From assembly GCA_963814375.1 (NCBI GenBank), contig CAWFCQ010000003.1:103393-167392 (forward strand): a stretch of 64,000 bases of DNA, given 5' to 3'. The notes below the pieces were generated by a model that made no database searches, was not told the origin of the DNA, and saw nothing but the letters and a program-made list of their open reading frames with translations. The position numbers were made by a program, and so were the translations under genes. Of the stretch, positions 27,740 through 37,511 are shown piece by piece. Source of the DNA: an uncultured Chloroflexia bacterium (lineage in GTDB: Bacteria > Chloroflexota > Limnocylindria > QHBO01). Within the stretch, counting starts at the first letter, position 1. Every line of letters starts with the position of its first letter.

Positions 27740-29259
27740 TGGACGGCGTCCCCCTGCTCACCCTGATCGTCTTCATGCCCGCACTCGGCGCGCTCCTCCT
27801 GCTGTTCGTGCCGGCCGACAACCATCGCGCCATCCGATGGATCGCCCTCGCCACGGCGCTGCTCACCTTTGCGCTCAGCCTGGTCCTGCTCGGCTACAAC
27901 CCCGACGGCAGCGAGTTCCAGTTCCGCGAGGACCTCGAGTGGATCGACTTCTTCGGCATGCGCTACACGCTCGGCGTGGACGGCATCAGCGTCGTGCTGG
28001 TGATCCTGACCACGCTGCTGAGCGTCGTGGCCATCCGCTACAGCTGGGAGCCGATCCAGACGAAGGTGCGGGCCTACTACGCCACGATGCTGGTGCTGAT
28101 GGTCGGCATGCTCGGCGTGTTCGTCGCCCTCGACCTCTTCCTCTTCTACGTCTTCTGGGAAGTCAGCCTCTTCCCGATGTACTTCGTCATCGGCGTCTGG
28201 GGCGGCCCGCGTCGCATCTACGCCACGGTGAAGTTCGTCATCTACACCCTGGTCGGCTCGCTGCTCATGCTCGTCGCCATCCTGGCCGTGGCGATCGCGT
28301 ACGCATCGGCCGGCAACCCGTTCACCTTCAGCTACGAGGCGCTCCGCGGCTTCGCCTACGCCGATTCGCTCCAGGCCGTCGCATTCATCGCCTTCTTCCT
28401 CGCCTTCGCCATCAAGGTGCCGATGTGGCCGCTCCACACCTGGCTGCCCGATGCGCACGTCGAGGCCCCCACCGCCGGCTCGATCATCCTGGCTGGCGTG
28501 CTGCTCAAGCTCGGCGGCTACGGCTTCCTGCGCTACAACCTGCCGCTCCTGCCCGATGCCGCCGTGACCTTCGCGCCGATCATCATCGGGTTGAGCATCA
28601 TCGCCATCATCTACGGCGGCCTGGTGGCGATGGTGCAGCCCGACATGAAGAAGCTGGTGGCGTACTCGAGCGTGAGCCACATGGGCTTCGTCATGCTCGG
28701 CGCGTTCGTCTTCAACACCCAGGGCCTCCAGGGCGCCGTCTACCAGATGATCAGCCACGGCATCACGACCGGTGCGCTGTTCCTGCTGGTGGGCATCATC
28801 TACGAGCAGACCCACGATCGCGAGATCTCGCACATGGGCGGCCTCAACGCCCGGCTGCCCCACTACGCGGCCATGTTCGGCCTCTTCACCTTCGCCAGCA
28901 TCGGGCTGCCTGGGCTGTCGGGGTTCATCGGCGAGTTCCTCGTCATCTTGGGCGCCTTCGAGTCGAACGGCTTCGTGGCGGCGGCGGCGATGGTGGTGGT
29001 CATCATCAGCGCGGTCTACATGCTGTGGATGTTCCAGCGCGTCTTCTTCACTGTGCCATCCGATTGGATGCGCCGATGGTGGCCGTCGCTGCGCGACATG
29101 AGCAGCGGCGAGTGGCAGTCGCTCGCGCCGCTGGTGGTGCTGGTCGTGGCGCTGGGGGTCTATCCCGGACCGATCCTCGAGATCATCAGCGCGCCGGTCG
29201 AGCGAATCATCGAGGCGGTCAACGGCGCCGGGCTCACCGGCCTCGGGCCGCTGTGGTGA
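27739..29259 (+). CDS. nuoM: NADH-quinone oxidoreductase subunit M
   Basis: NuoM/ND4 motifs (FFLAFAIKVPMWPLHTWLPDAHVEAPTAGS). The start MDGVPLL overlaps the nuoL stop (TGATG). Confidence 0.9.
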   Translation: MDGVPLLTLIVFMPALGALLLLFVPADNHRAIRWIALATALLTFALSLVLLGYNPDGSEFQFREDLEWIDFFGMRYTLGVDGISVVLVILTTLLSVVAIRYSWEPIQTKVRAYYATMLVLMVGMLGVFVALDLFLFYVFWEVSLFPMYFVIGVWGGPRRIYATVKFVIYTLVGSLLMLVAILAVAIAYASAGNPFTFSYEALRGFAYADSLQAVAFIAFFLAFAIKVPMWPLHTWLPDAHVEAPTAGSIILAGVLLKLGGYGFLRYNLPLLPDAAVTFAPIIIGLSIIAIIYGGLVAMVQPDMKKLVAYSSVSHMGFVMLGAFVFNTQGLQGAVYQMISHGITTGALFLLVGIIYEQTHDREISHMGGLNARLPHYAAMFGLFTFASIGLPGLSGFIGEFLVILGAFESNGFVAAAAMVVVIISAVYMLWMFQRVFFTVPSDWMRRWWPSLRDMSSGEWQSLAPLVVLVVALGVYPGPILEIISAPVERIIEAVNGAGLTGLGPLW

Positions 29260-29270
29260 GGGGCTGACGG

Positions 29271-30731
29271 ATGGACATGGTCGACGACCTCGTCACTCTC
29301 CTGCCGGAGCTGATCCTGACGGTGCTCGTCCTCGTCATCATCACCACGGACCTCTTCATCTCGCGCGCGAACAAGTGGCTGCTGACCCCGCTCACCGTGG
29401 CCGGCCTCATCCTGGCCGGGGCGGCGTGCTTCGTGGTGTGGGACGTCAACGAGACGGTGTACGGCGGCTTCTACGTCGTCGACGACCTGTCGGTGTTCCT
29501 GAAGGGCGCCACCATCCTGATCGGCATCCTCTCCGCCCTCTTCGCGCCGGCCTACCTCCTCGTCCGACGCATCCCGCTCGGCGAGTTCAACACGATCCTG
29601 GTGACCGCGCTCATCGGCATGTGCGTGCTGGCCTCGAGCAGCGACTTCATCACCCTCTTCCTGGGCCTCGAGCTGATGACGATGCCGTCCTACCTGCTGA
29701 CCGGGCTCCACAAGACCGACCGATACAGCAACGAGGGCGGGCTCAAGTACTTCCTGCTCGGCAGCTTCGCCAGCGCCATCCTCCTGTTCGGCGTAGCCTG
29801 GATGTACGGCCTCACCGGCACCACGAACATCGGCGCCATCGCGGCGTCGCTCGACGGCCAGATGAGCGCCGGCATCCTGGTGGCGGTCGGGTTCCTGACC
29901 GTGGGCGCGACCTTCAAGATCGCGGCGGTGCCGTTCCACTACTGGACGCCGGACGCCTACCAGGGCGCCCCGACACCCATCACCGGATTCCTCTCGGTCG
30001 GCCCCAAGCTCGGCGCCTTCGCGCTCGTGATCCGGATCTTCGTCGAGGCCCTGGCCCCGTTGCGGACCGATTGGCTGGCGGTGTTCCTGGTCCTGACGGT
30101 GCTGACCATGACGATCGGCAACGTGGTGGCGCTGACGCAGACCAACGTCAAGCGGATGCTGGCCTACTCGAGCATCGCCCACACCGGCTACATCATGGCC
30201 GGCCTCGCCGCGTACGCGAACGCGACCGATCCGGAGGCCGCGGCCCAGGGCATCCAGGCGGTCCTCTTCTACCTCCTCGCCTACGCGGTCATGAACATCG
30301 CGGCCTTCGCGATGGTGGCGATGCTCCAGCGCGACACGGGCCGCTTCGGTGGGCTCAACTCCTTCGCCGGCCTCGCCTCGCGCGCCCCGTGGCACGCCGC
30401 CGCGATGACCGTGCTGCTGCTGAGCCTGACCGGAATTCCCCCTACCGTCGGCTTCTTCGCGAAGCTCCTCATCCTGCTCGCCACGGTCGAGTCCGGGCTC
30501 ATCTGGCTGGCGGTCGTCGTCGCGCTCAACGCGGCGCTGGCGGCGTTCTACTACCTGCGCGTCGTGGTCTACATGTACATGCGCGATCCCGAGCCGGAGC
30601 CCGCTCCGATCGACACCAACCCGTTCGGCTCGGTGGCCCTGGCCGTCTCGGTGGCCGGCGTGATCGCGCTCGGGATCTTCCCGGGAGCCATCCTGCGCCT
30701 GGTCGAGGTCTCTGCGGCCAGTATCTTCTAG
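29271..30731 (+). CDS. nuoN: NADH-quinone oxidoreductase subunit N
   Basis: 486 aa. NuoN/ND2 motifs (KIAAVPFHYWTPDAYQGAPTPITGF). Confidence 0.9.
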   Translation: MDMVDDLVTLLPELILTVLVLVIITTDLFISRANKWLLTPLTVAGLILAGAACFVVWDVNETVYGGFYVVDDLSVFLKGATILIGILSALFAPAYLLVRRIPLGEFNTILVTALIGMCVLASSSDFITLFLGLELMTMPSYLLTGLHKTDRYSNEGGLKYFLLGSFASAILLFGVAWMYGLTGTTNIGAIAASLDGQMSAGILVAVGFLTVGATFKIAAVPFHYWTPDAYQGAPTPITGFLSVGPKLGAFALVIRIFVEALAPLRTDWLAVFLVLTVLTMTIGNVVALTQTNVKRMLAYSSIAHTGYIMAGLAAYANATDPEAAAQGIQAVLFYLLAYAVMNIAAFAMVAMLQRDTGRFGGLNSFAGLASRAPWHAAAMTVLLLSLTGIPPTVGFFAKLLILLATVESGLIWLAVVVALNAALAAFYYLRVVVYMYMRDPEPEPAPIDTNPFGSVALAVSVAGVIALGIFPGAILRLVEVSAASIF

Positions 30732-30735
30732 GCGG

Positions 30736-32253
30736 ATGGCGACCCCCGACGCCGAGGCCCTGGCCGATGCGGAGCTCGCCGCCGCAGCCTCGCGGCTGCT
30801 CGGCGACCGGCGACTGATCATCGCCACGAACCGAGGTCCGGTCACCTTCACGACGACCGCCGGCGGCGATCTGCGGCCGCGCCGCGGCTCGGGAGGGCTC
30901 GTCACGGCGCTGGGCCAGGTCGGCCGGCACGTGCCGATCACCTGGGTCGCCGCGGCCATGAGCGAGGGCGACCGACGCGCCGCCGCCGACCCGCGTCTCA
31001 TGCGCAGCGTGGAGGTCGGCGGCGAGTCGCTCCGCCTCCGATTCGCATCCGTCGAGCGGACGGTGTACGAGCAGGCATACAACGTCATCGCCAACCCGCT
31101 GCTGTGGTTCCTCCAGCACCAGATGTGGAACCTGCCCGAGCGGCCGGTCATCGATGCCGGTGTCATGCGCGCCTGGCAGCGTGGCTACCTCCCGCTCAAC
31201 GAGGCCTTCGCGCGTGCGGTCCTTGCCCAGGCACGGGGGGACCGGCGCCCGCGGATCATGCTCCACGACTACCACCTCTACCTCGCCGCCGAGCCGATCC
31301 GGCGGGCGCGTCCCGGCGCCGTGCTTAGCCATTTCACCCACATCCCGTGGCCGCCCTCTTCGATATGGCAGACGATCGCGCCGCCCATCCGCGAGGGCAT
31401 CGCTCGAGGGCTCCTCGCCAACGACGTCGTCGGATTCCAGACGGAGCGCTACGCGCACAACTTCCTGCGGACGGTCGAGTCGTTCGTGCCGGAGGCGCGG
31501 GTCGACTACGACGAGAGCGTCGTGCGCTGGCGGCGCCGAACGACCCGCGTGCGCTCGTACCCGATCAGCATCGACGTCGAATCGACGCGCCGCCTCGCCG
31601 AGTCGCGCGCCGCACGGCGCCGGGCGGACCAGCTCCAGGGCGGGGCGCGCGAGCTCGTCCTCGTCCGCGTCGACCGGCTCGAGCCGTCGAAGAACATCCT
31701 GCGCGGCTTCCTCGCCTACGAGGCGCTCCTCCAGCGCACGCCGCGCCTCCGCGGCCGGATCAGCTTCCTCGCCTTCCTCGTCCCGTCGCGCACCGGCCTG
31801 CGTGAGTACGGGCACTACGGCCGCGAGGTGCAGAACGCTGTCGACCGCATCAACGCCCGATTCGGCCGGGCCGGATGGCGCCCGATCCAGCTCTTCTACG
31901 AGAACGATTACGCCCAGGCCCTGGCAGGGCTGGCCATCGCCGACGTGGTGCTCGTCAATCCCCTCGTCGACGGTATGAACCTCGTCGCCAAGGAGGCGGT
32001 CGTCGTCTCGCGCCGCGACGCGGTGCTGGTCCTGTCCGAGACCGCCGGCGCCTTCGACCAGATGTCGGCGGGCGCGCTCCCGGTTGCGCCCGCCGACGTG
32101 GTGGGCACCGCCGATGCCCTGGCGACCGCCCTCGCCATGGCACCCGACGAGCGGCGGAAACGGCTGGCGGGTATGCGCCGGGGGGTGGAGGCGGAGGACA
32201 TCACGTGGTGGCTGCGCCGCCAGCTCGAGGATCTCGCCGACCTGGTGGAGTGA
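30736..32253 (+). CDS. otsA: alpha,alpha-trehalose-phosphate synthase (GT20)
   Basis: OtsA motifs (NRGPVTF, GGLVTAL, IMLHDYHLYL, NDVVGFQT, VNPLVDGMNLVAKE). It starts 4 nt after the nuoN stop. Confidence 0.9.
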   Translation: MATPDAEALADAELAAAASRLLGDRRLIIATNRGPVTFTTTAGGDLRPRRGSGGLVTALGQVGRHVPITWVAAAMSEGDRRAAADPRLMRSVEVGGESLRLRFASVERTVYEQAYNVIANPLLWFLQHQMWNLPERPVIDAGVMRAWQRGYLPLNEAFARAVLAQARGDRRPRIMLHDYHLYLAAEPIRRARPGAVLSHFTHIPWPPSSIWQTIAPPIREGIARGLLANDVVGFQTERYAHNFLRTVESFVPEARVDYDESVVRWRRRTTRVRSYPISIDVESTRRLAESRAARRRADQLQGGARELVLVRVDRLEPSKNILRGFLAYEALLQRTPRLRGRISFLAFLVPSRTGLREYGHYGREVQNAVDRINARFGRAGWRPIQLFYENDYAQALAGLAIADVVLVNPLVDGMNLVAKEAVVVSRRDAVLVLSETAGAFDQMSAGALPVAPADVVGTADALATALAMAPDERRKRLAGMRRGVEAEDITWWLRRQLEDLADLVE

Positions 32254-32447
32254 CGTGGCCCCGCCACTCGCGATATGTCGCGGCCGATGCACCAGAGGCG
32301 ATCCCGAGGTGCTGTTCCCACGATGTTTCGCGGCCCGGCACGCCTGAGCAGCACCTCCGGGTGGCGCTCAGGCATGGCAGCCGCGCGATGGATCGCGAGA
32401 ATGCAACCCGCGGACGCCTTCTGGTGAAGTGGCCGCGATCAATCGCG

Positions 32448-33279
32448 TCAGACCGGGGCCAGCTCCGCTAACAGCAGCGCCACCTGGGCCGGCGTGGCGA
32501 GCACCACGTCGGCCGCTGCGAGAACCGACTCGGGCACCTCGCGATCGGCTCCGCCCACGCCGATGATCGCGGCGTGCAGCTTCCCCGCCGCCCGCAGATC
32601 GGCGACGGCGTCGAACATGTCGAGGTCGGTGACGTCGTCGCCCATGACCACCACGCCCGCGAAGGCCGAACCGATCGATCACGGCGCGCGCCGCGCTGCC
32701 CTTGTCGCCGAGCCCGACCGGTCGCAGCTCGACGCTCATGCGGCCCTCCCGCACCTCGAGGTCGGCGGGTACCGAGCCGATGGCGTCCATGATCGCGGCA
32801 CGGGCAACCACGGGGTCCGCGGCATTGCGGTAATGGACCGTGGCCGACAGGCCCTTCGCCTCGACCGACGCCTCACGAACCGCCCGAACGCGCGCGACGA
32901 CCTCGGCCAGCGCGGCTCGGACCGAGTCAGCGGCGGGGGTAGCGGCCGGCTCGGCCGCTACGGCCTCGAGCCACTCCGTGCCATGGTTGCCGACGATCAC
33001 CAGCCCGGGCACGCCGACCATGCGTCGCGCGTCGAGCGGAGCGCGTCCGGTGATGACGGCCACCACCGCCAGATCGGCGGCAAGCGCGGCCAGGGGAGCC
33101 TCCGCGCCGCCCGCGAGCCCGGCGGCGGCCGGATCGGCGACGATCGGTGAGAGAGTGCCGTCGAAGTCGGTCAGGAGCCCAGCCGGTGCGTGCGCCAATG
33201 CCGATCGGGCCAGCTCGATGGCACGCGTCAGCGACTCATCGGTGCGGCGTCTAGACTCCGGCCGTGAAGCGTCTCTCAT
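32448..33279 (-). pseudogene. otsB: trehalose-6-phosphate phosphatase (HAD-IIB) with an apparent frameshift near 32655
   Basis: The N-terminal HAD motif LTDFDGTLSPIV and body lie in ORF 32368..33279 up to DKGSAARAVIDRFG. The C-terminal GDDVTDLDMF motif lies in another frame (ORF 32448..32654). Confidence 0.7.
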
Positions 33280-33989
33280 CGTGGGCGCTCCCGCTCATCC
33301 TGGGGGTGACGGGGGTGGCGCTCATTATCATCGGGTCGGTCGACTTCGAGTCCGATCCCGCGCCGAGCCTGGCGCCGATCGTCACGCCCACGCCGGTCGC
33401 GCTGGCCTCGCCAACGCCGTCATCGACCGAGACTGCCACCGCCGAGCCGACCCCTGTGCCAACCGCGACCCCGGTGCCGACGCCATTGCCCGACAGCGTG
33501 GTCGCCGCGCAGCTCGAGGTACCTTCGGTCGGGATCAACGTGCTGGTCAGGCAGTCGACGAGCGCCGAGACCGACGGCTTCCCGCCCTCGGACGCCGCCT
33601 ACATCCTGCGCTCGGGGACCCAGCCGGGGCGCAACACGAACTCGTTCATCTTCGCCCACGCCCTCAACTCGCTCTTCAAGCCGCTGTGGAACGTGCAGAT
33701 CGGCGCCGAGGTGCTGATCCGGATGTCGGACGACAGCGTGCTCCGCTACATCGTCACCGAGGTTCGACCCAACGTCGCCTGCCCCGATCCCAACGCCGAC
33801 CCCGCCCTCAACCCGCCGAACCCGCCGCTGGCGCTCCAGATCCACGACGACTGCACCGAGGCCGTCTCGTGGACCACGCCGACCGATCACGAGCGGGTCA
33901 CGCTCCAGACGTCGCAGGGATACAACCGCAACTGGGGCGAGCTGGTCATCGTCGCCCAGCCCGCGAGCCGGGTGGAGGCAGGAGGCTAG
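33264..33989 (+). CDS. sortase-like secreted protein (catalytic Cys position reads Ser)
   Basis: N-terminal TM/signal, Pro/Thr-rich linker, and a sortase-like core with His (FIFAHALNSLF ... GAEVLI ... YIVTEV). The TLxTC position reads VTLQTSQG. Confidence 0.45.
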   Translation: MKRLSSWALPLILGVTGVALIIIGSVDFESDPAPSLAPIVTPTPVALASPTPSSTETATAEPTPVPTATPVPTPLPDSVVAAQLEVPSVGINVLVRQSTSAETDGFPPSDAAYILRSGTQPGRNTNSFIFAHALNSLFKPLWNVQIGAEVLIRMSDDSVLRYIVTEVRPNVACPDPNADPALNPPNPPLALQIHDDCTEAVSWTTPTDHERVTLQTSQGYNRNWGELVIVAQPASRVEAGG

Positions 33990-35554
33990 CCCCGGCCCCG
34001 CACGAACCAGGCGAACGGGATGGTTGCCACCGCCACGACGAGCGCGATCGAGAAGACGAGCGCCAGGACGCCCGCCGCCTCGCCCTGCGACCACGCCTCG
34101 AGCACGTCGACCAGGGCGAGCGACGTGTTCGGATCCACCCCGACGAACTCGGGATGCCCGAGCTCGACGACGAGCACGTCCCGGCGAGCGGGGTCGAGAA
34201 TCAGCCCGGAGAGCTCGTCGATCCGGTTCTGGCCGAGCGCGGTGAGCAGCGCCAGCCCGACGCTCATGCCAATCGTGCGGGTCACCTGGAGCATCGCGCT
34301 GGCAACCCCGTACGCGCCGGCGCCGGCCGCCTCGACCGCCGCGGTGGCGCGCGGCGAGACGGTCAGGCCGAAGCCGACGCCGAAGATGGCGAGGTCGCGC
34401 ATCAGCCGGTCGAGATCGGTCTCGACCCCCCAGCCGATGGCGAGCCACAGCCCCACCGCCGATGCGCCGACCCCGACGAGGGTCACGATCCGCTCGCCGA
34501 CGACCCCGGCGAGCAGCCCACCCGCGAGCGCCCCGACGGCGATCGCGAGGGTGAGGGCTGTCAGGGCGGCGGCGGACTGCGCATCGGTCCCGAACAGCAC
34601 GCGGTTGACGAAGACCGGGCCCCCGATGACCGCCGTCGCCAGCGTGTAGCCGGTCAGGAGGCTCACGACGTTGGCCGAGGTGAAGGCGCGGTCGCGGAAG
34701 AGGCGGAGGTCGATGAGCGGCGAGCGCGACCGCAGCTCGAGCCATACGAACGCCGCGAAGGCGACGGCCGACACCGCCAGCCCGGCAATCACCGGCGGGC
34801 TCGCCCAGCCACCGGTGCCGGAGAGGGTGATCGCGCCGATGCCGGCCACGAGCGCCAGCGACAGCAGCAGCGCACCGCCGATGTCGAGCCCGCCACGGAC
34901 CCGTGGCGTCTCGATGCCTCCGGCGACAACGTAGATCAGCAGGAGCGTCACGATCCCGATCGGAACGTTGAGCAGGAAGATCCACTGCCACGGCGCGATG
35001 TCGAGGCCGGGCAGCGGCAGCGAGAAGCTGAGCAGCACCCAGGCCCCGTAGGCGGGGCCGATGGCCATCCCGACATACGTTGCCGCCCCCTCGACGCCGA
35101 GCGCCGCGGCACGGGCGCGGCCGGTGAAGAGGTGGCTGGCGAGGGCCATCGACAGTGGCACTAGGGCGCCGCCGCCGAAGCCCTGGACGACCCGCGCGGC
35201 GATGAGCCAGGTGAGCCCGTCCTCTGGCCCGGCCAGCGGCGACAGGCCGGCCGCGGCCGAGCCGATCACGAACAGTGCGAGGGCGATGACGTAGAGCCGC
35301 ATGGCTCCCCACAGGTCGGCGCCTCGACCCGCCAGCGGCATGGCGATCACGTAGGCCAGCAGGTAGGCGTTGATGATCCAGCTGACGCGGCCCAGGTCGG
35401 CCCAGCCGCCGAAGTCGGCCACGATCGAGGGCAGGGCGATCGCCACAACCATCAGCTCGGCCCCGCCGAGGAGCACGCCGAGGCTGGCAAAGGCGAGCGC
35501 CGACCACGCCGCTACCGGGTGGAGGCGCTGCGCCGGCGCCTGAACGGCAGTCAC
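33986..35554 (-). CDS. MFS transporter, DHA2 (EmrB/QacA-like, 14 TMS)
   Basis: MFS motifs (AYVIAMPLAGRGADLWG) and about 14 hydrophobic segments. The GTG start overlaps the upstream permease stop (GTGA). Confidence 0.8.
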   Translation of the reverse strand: MTAVQAPAQRLHPVAAWSALAFASLGVLLGGAELMVVAIALPSIVADFGGWADLGRVSWIINAYLLAYVIAMPLAGRGADLWGAMRLYVIALALFVIGSAAAGLSPLAGPEDGLTWLIAARVVQGFGGGALVPLSMALASHLFTGRARAAALGVEGAATYVGMAIGPAYGAWVLLSFSLPLPGLDIAPWQWIFLLNVPIGIVTLLLIYVVAGGIETPRVRGGLDIGGALLLSLALVAGIGAITLSGTGGWASPPVIAGLAVSAVAFAAFVWLELRSRSPLIDLRLFRDRAFTSANVVSLLTGYTLATAVIGGPVFVNRVLFGTDAQSAAALTALTLAIAVGALAGGLLAGVVGERIVTLVGVGASAVGLWLAIGWGVETDLDRLMRDLAIFGVGFGLTVSPRATAAVEAAGAGAYGVASAMLQVTRTIGMSVGLALLTALGQNRIDELSGLILDPARRDVLVVELGHPEFVGVDPNTSLALVDVLEAWSQGEAAGVLALVFSIALVVAVATIPFAWFVRGRG

Positions 35555-36219
35555 AGATCGGCGCGCTCGAATGCGAGGCGTGCGCCGACGAGCAGGACGC
35601 CCGTCAGCGCCAGCCCGCCGCCGATGGCCCGCAGGGTCGCACCGAGGTCATCGCCGGCGCCGGACAGCGATGGGAAGACGCCGCCGGTGACGATCCCGGC
35701 CGCGACAACCAGGGCTGCGGCCGCGAGCACGACGACACTCACCGCGATCGACGGCCGCAGGAGGGAACCCGCCCACAGGCCGGCGGCGATGCCGATCGCG
35801 GCGGCGATGGCGACGATGGCGATGGCGATGGCGTAGTCGATCGGGCTGGCCCCGACCGCGGCCGAGGCGAGCGCCAGCCAGCCGAGGAAGACACCGGCCG
35901 CGATCCCCGCGGCCGCGATGGCCGCCAGCGCGGCGAACCAGCCGCCCAGGTAGGTGCTGCGGGACACGGATCGCGTGACGAGCCACCCGGCGCGCCCGGA
36001 GCCCCGCTCGAGAGCCAGCGACACGGCAGTGACCGCGCTCGTGACGACGGTCGCCAGCCCGAATCCGGCGGCGAGGCGCGCCGGCGTGCCCGTCGGATCG
36101 GGTGGGAGGAACGCCACCACCGCTCCGGCGCCGACGTAGGCGGCCAGCACGACGAACAGCCGGAGGGTGACCCACAGCTCACGGACCGCGAGGCGGGTGA
36201 CCGTTCGCGCCTGGCTCAT
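35551..36219 (-). CDS. ABC-type transporter permease (6 TMS)
   Basis: Hydrophobic 222-aa ORF (MSQARTVTRLAVRELWVTLRLFVVLAAYV ...). The ATG overlaps the stop of the ATPase gene (ATGA). Confidence 0.55.
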   Translation of the reverse strand: MSQARTVTRLAVRELWVTLRLFVVLAAYVGAGAVVAFLPPDPTGTPARLAAGFGLATVVTSAVTAVSLALERGSGRAGWLVTRSVSRSTYLGGWFAALAAIAAAGIAAGVFLGWLALASAAVGASPIDYAIAIAIVAIAAAIGIAAGLWAGSLLRPSIAVSVVVLAAAALVVAAGIVTGGVFPSLSGAGDDLGATLRAIGGGLALTGVLLVGARLAFERADL

Positions 36220-37030
36220 CGGGCCATGGCCACCGGTTCGGGCTCGTACGCGCCATCGGCTCCCGCGCGACGATCGGCCAGCTCGGCGATCCCTCGCAGG
36301 GACAACGACAGCCCGGCCGCATCGATGTCCCCGACGGGAGCGACGAGCGCGATCCGGCCACCGCGAACGAGCGCGACGTGGCTGGCCAGCCCCGCATCCG
36401 CGGCCGGGTACCGGCTCGCGATCACGACCGTCCGCCGGTCGCCCGGGAGGTCGAGCAGACCTGCGCGCTCCTCGGCTTCCAACGCGCGAAGCGGCTCGTC
36501 GAGCAGGAGGACCTCGGGGTCGCCCAGCAGCGCCGCCGCCAGCCCGGTGCGCTGGAGGATCGGTGGTCCTCCGCGACCGACCGAGCGGTCGCTCGCGTCG
36601 GATGGGATGCCCGCCCCAGCCAGGGCCCGGTCGATCCGTTCGTCCGCATCTGCCGCATCCAGCTCCAGCAGCCGGTCGGCGAGCACGAGGGCCTCTCGAG
36701 GCGTCATCCACGAGTGAATGCCGGGCTCAGGTCCGAGGAAGGCGGCACGGCGGCCGAAGCCGGCGCGCGACGGGTCCGAGAGGCCCGGCGATCTCGATCC
36801 GGCCGTGGTTTGGGCGGCTGAGCCCGGCGAGAACTCGCACCAGGGCGGATGCGCTCGCCTCGGGCTCGCCGACGATGAGGAGCCGCGTGCCCACCGGCAC
36901 CGTCAGCGAGCATCGGTTCAGAAGGGAGCCGTGGCTGACCTCGCGACACGTGACCGCGGCGGGCTGAAGGAGGCGGAGAGCCGGAGATCCCCATAGCGCG
37001 TCGGGGGTCGAGCGGGTCAGCGGCGCACCT
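36216..37030 (-). pseudogene. ABC transporter ATP-binding protein, degenerate (Walker A lacks Lys/Ser/Thr) and frameshifted near 36720
   Basis: The C-terminal half (RRAAFLGPEPGIHSWMTPREAL ... LLLDEP) is in ORF 36216..36707. The N-terminal half (ALRLLQPAAVTCREVSHGSLLNRCSLTVPVGTRLLIVGEPEASASALVRVLAGLSRPNHGRIEIAG) is in a different frame with no canonical start. Both translated by hand. Confidence 0.5.
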
Positions 37031-37077
37031 CCTGGCAGCGGCCTCCTCCCAGCCGCGGGCCGATCCTAGCAGACCCC

Positions 37078-37105
37078 TTGACACGGCCTCGCGTCGCATT
37101 AAGAT
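37078..37105 (+). promoter_or_regulatory. near-consensus sigma-70-like promoter (TTGACA-16nt-TAAGAT) in an AT-rich island upstream of arsR, divergent from the efflux operon
   Basis: Read directly from the sequence. It lies about 40 nt upstream of the arsR ATG, and the AT-rich stretch 37090-37148 is atypical for this GC-rich window. Confidence 0.4.
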
Positions 37106-37148
37106 AAGCAACTCTACATATAAACTCGCATTTGATAAAGAATCGCTC

Positions 37149-37511
37149 TTGATGACTCCAACCCCGGACACCCCGGGCGAGAACGACCTGCGACGGCTCC
37201 GCACCCTCTACCGCGCTCTCGGCGACGAGACGCGGCTGCGCATGATCGGCCTCCTCGCCGAGATCGGACCGATGCCGGTCAACGAGCTCTCGTCACGCGT
37301 CGGTCTCTCGCAGCCGCTGATCAGCTGGCACCTGCGCATCCTGCGTCTGGCGGGCATCGTCGACACGCAGCGCCAGGGCCGGACGACGATCTGCCGGCTC
37401 CGCGTCGCCGCATTCGAAGAGCTGCACGACGCAGAGGCGCGCCTCGTTGCCGGGACGGCCGGCGTCGTCAACCGCGGCGGCGCGCAGGGAACGGTGCCCG
37501 ATGTCCGCTAG
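37149..37511 (+). CDS. ArsR/SmtB family transcriptional regulator
   Basis: Winged HTH with characteristic LGDETRLRMIGLL ... VNELS ... LSQPLISWHLRILRLAGIV. Confidence 0.85.
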   Translation: MMTPTPDTPGENDLRRLRTLYRALGDETRLRMIGLLAEIGPMPVNELSSRVGLSQPLISWHLRILRLAGIVDTQRQGRTTICRLRVAAFEELHDAEARLVAGTAGVVNRGGAQGTVPDVR

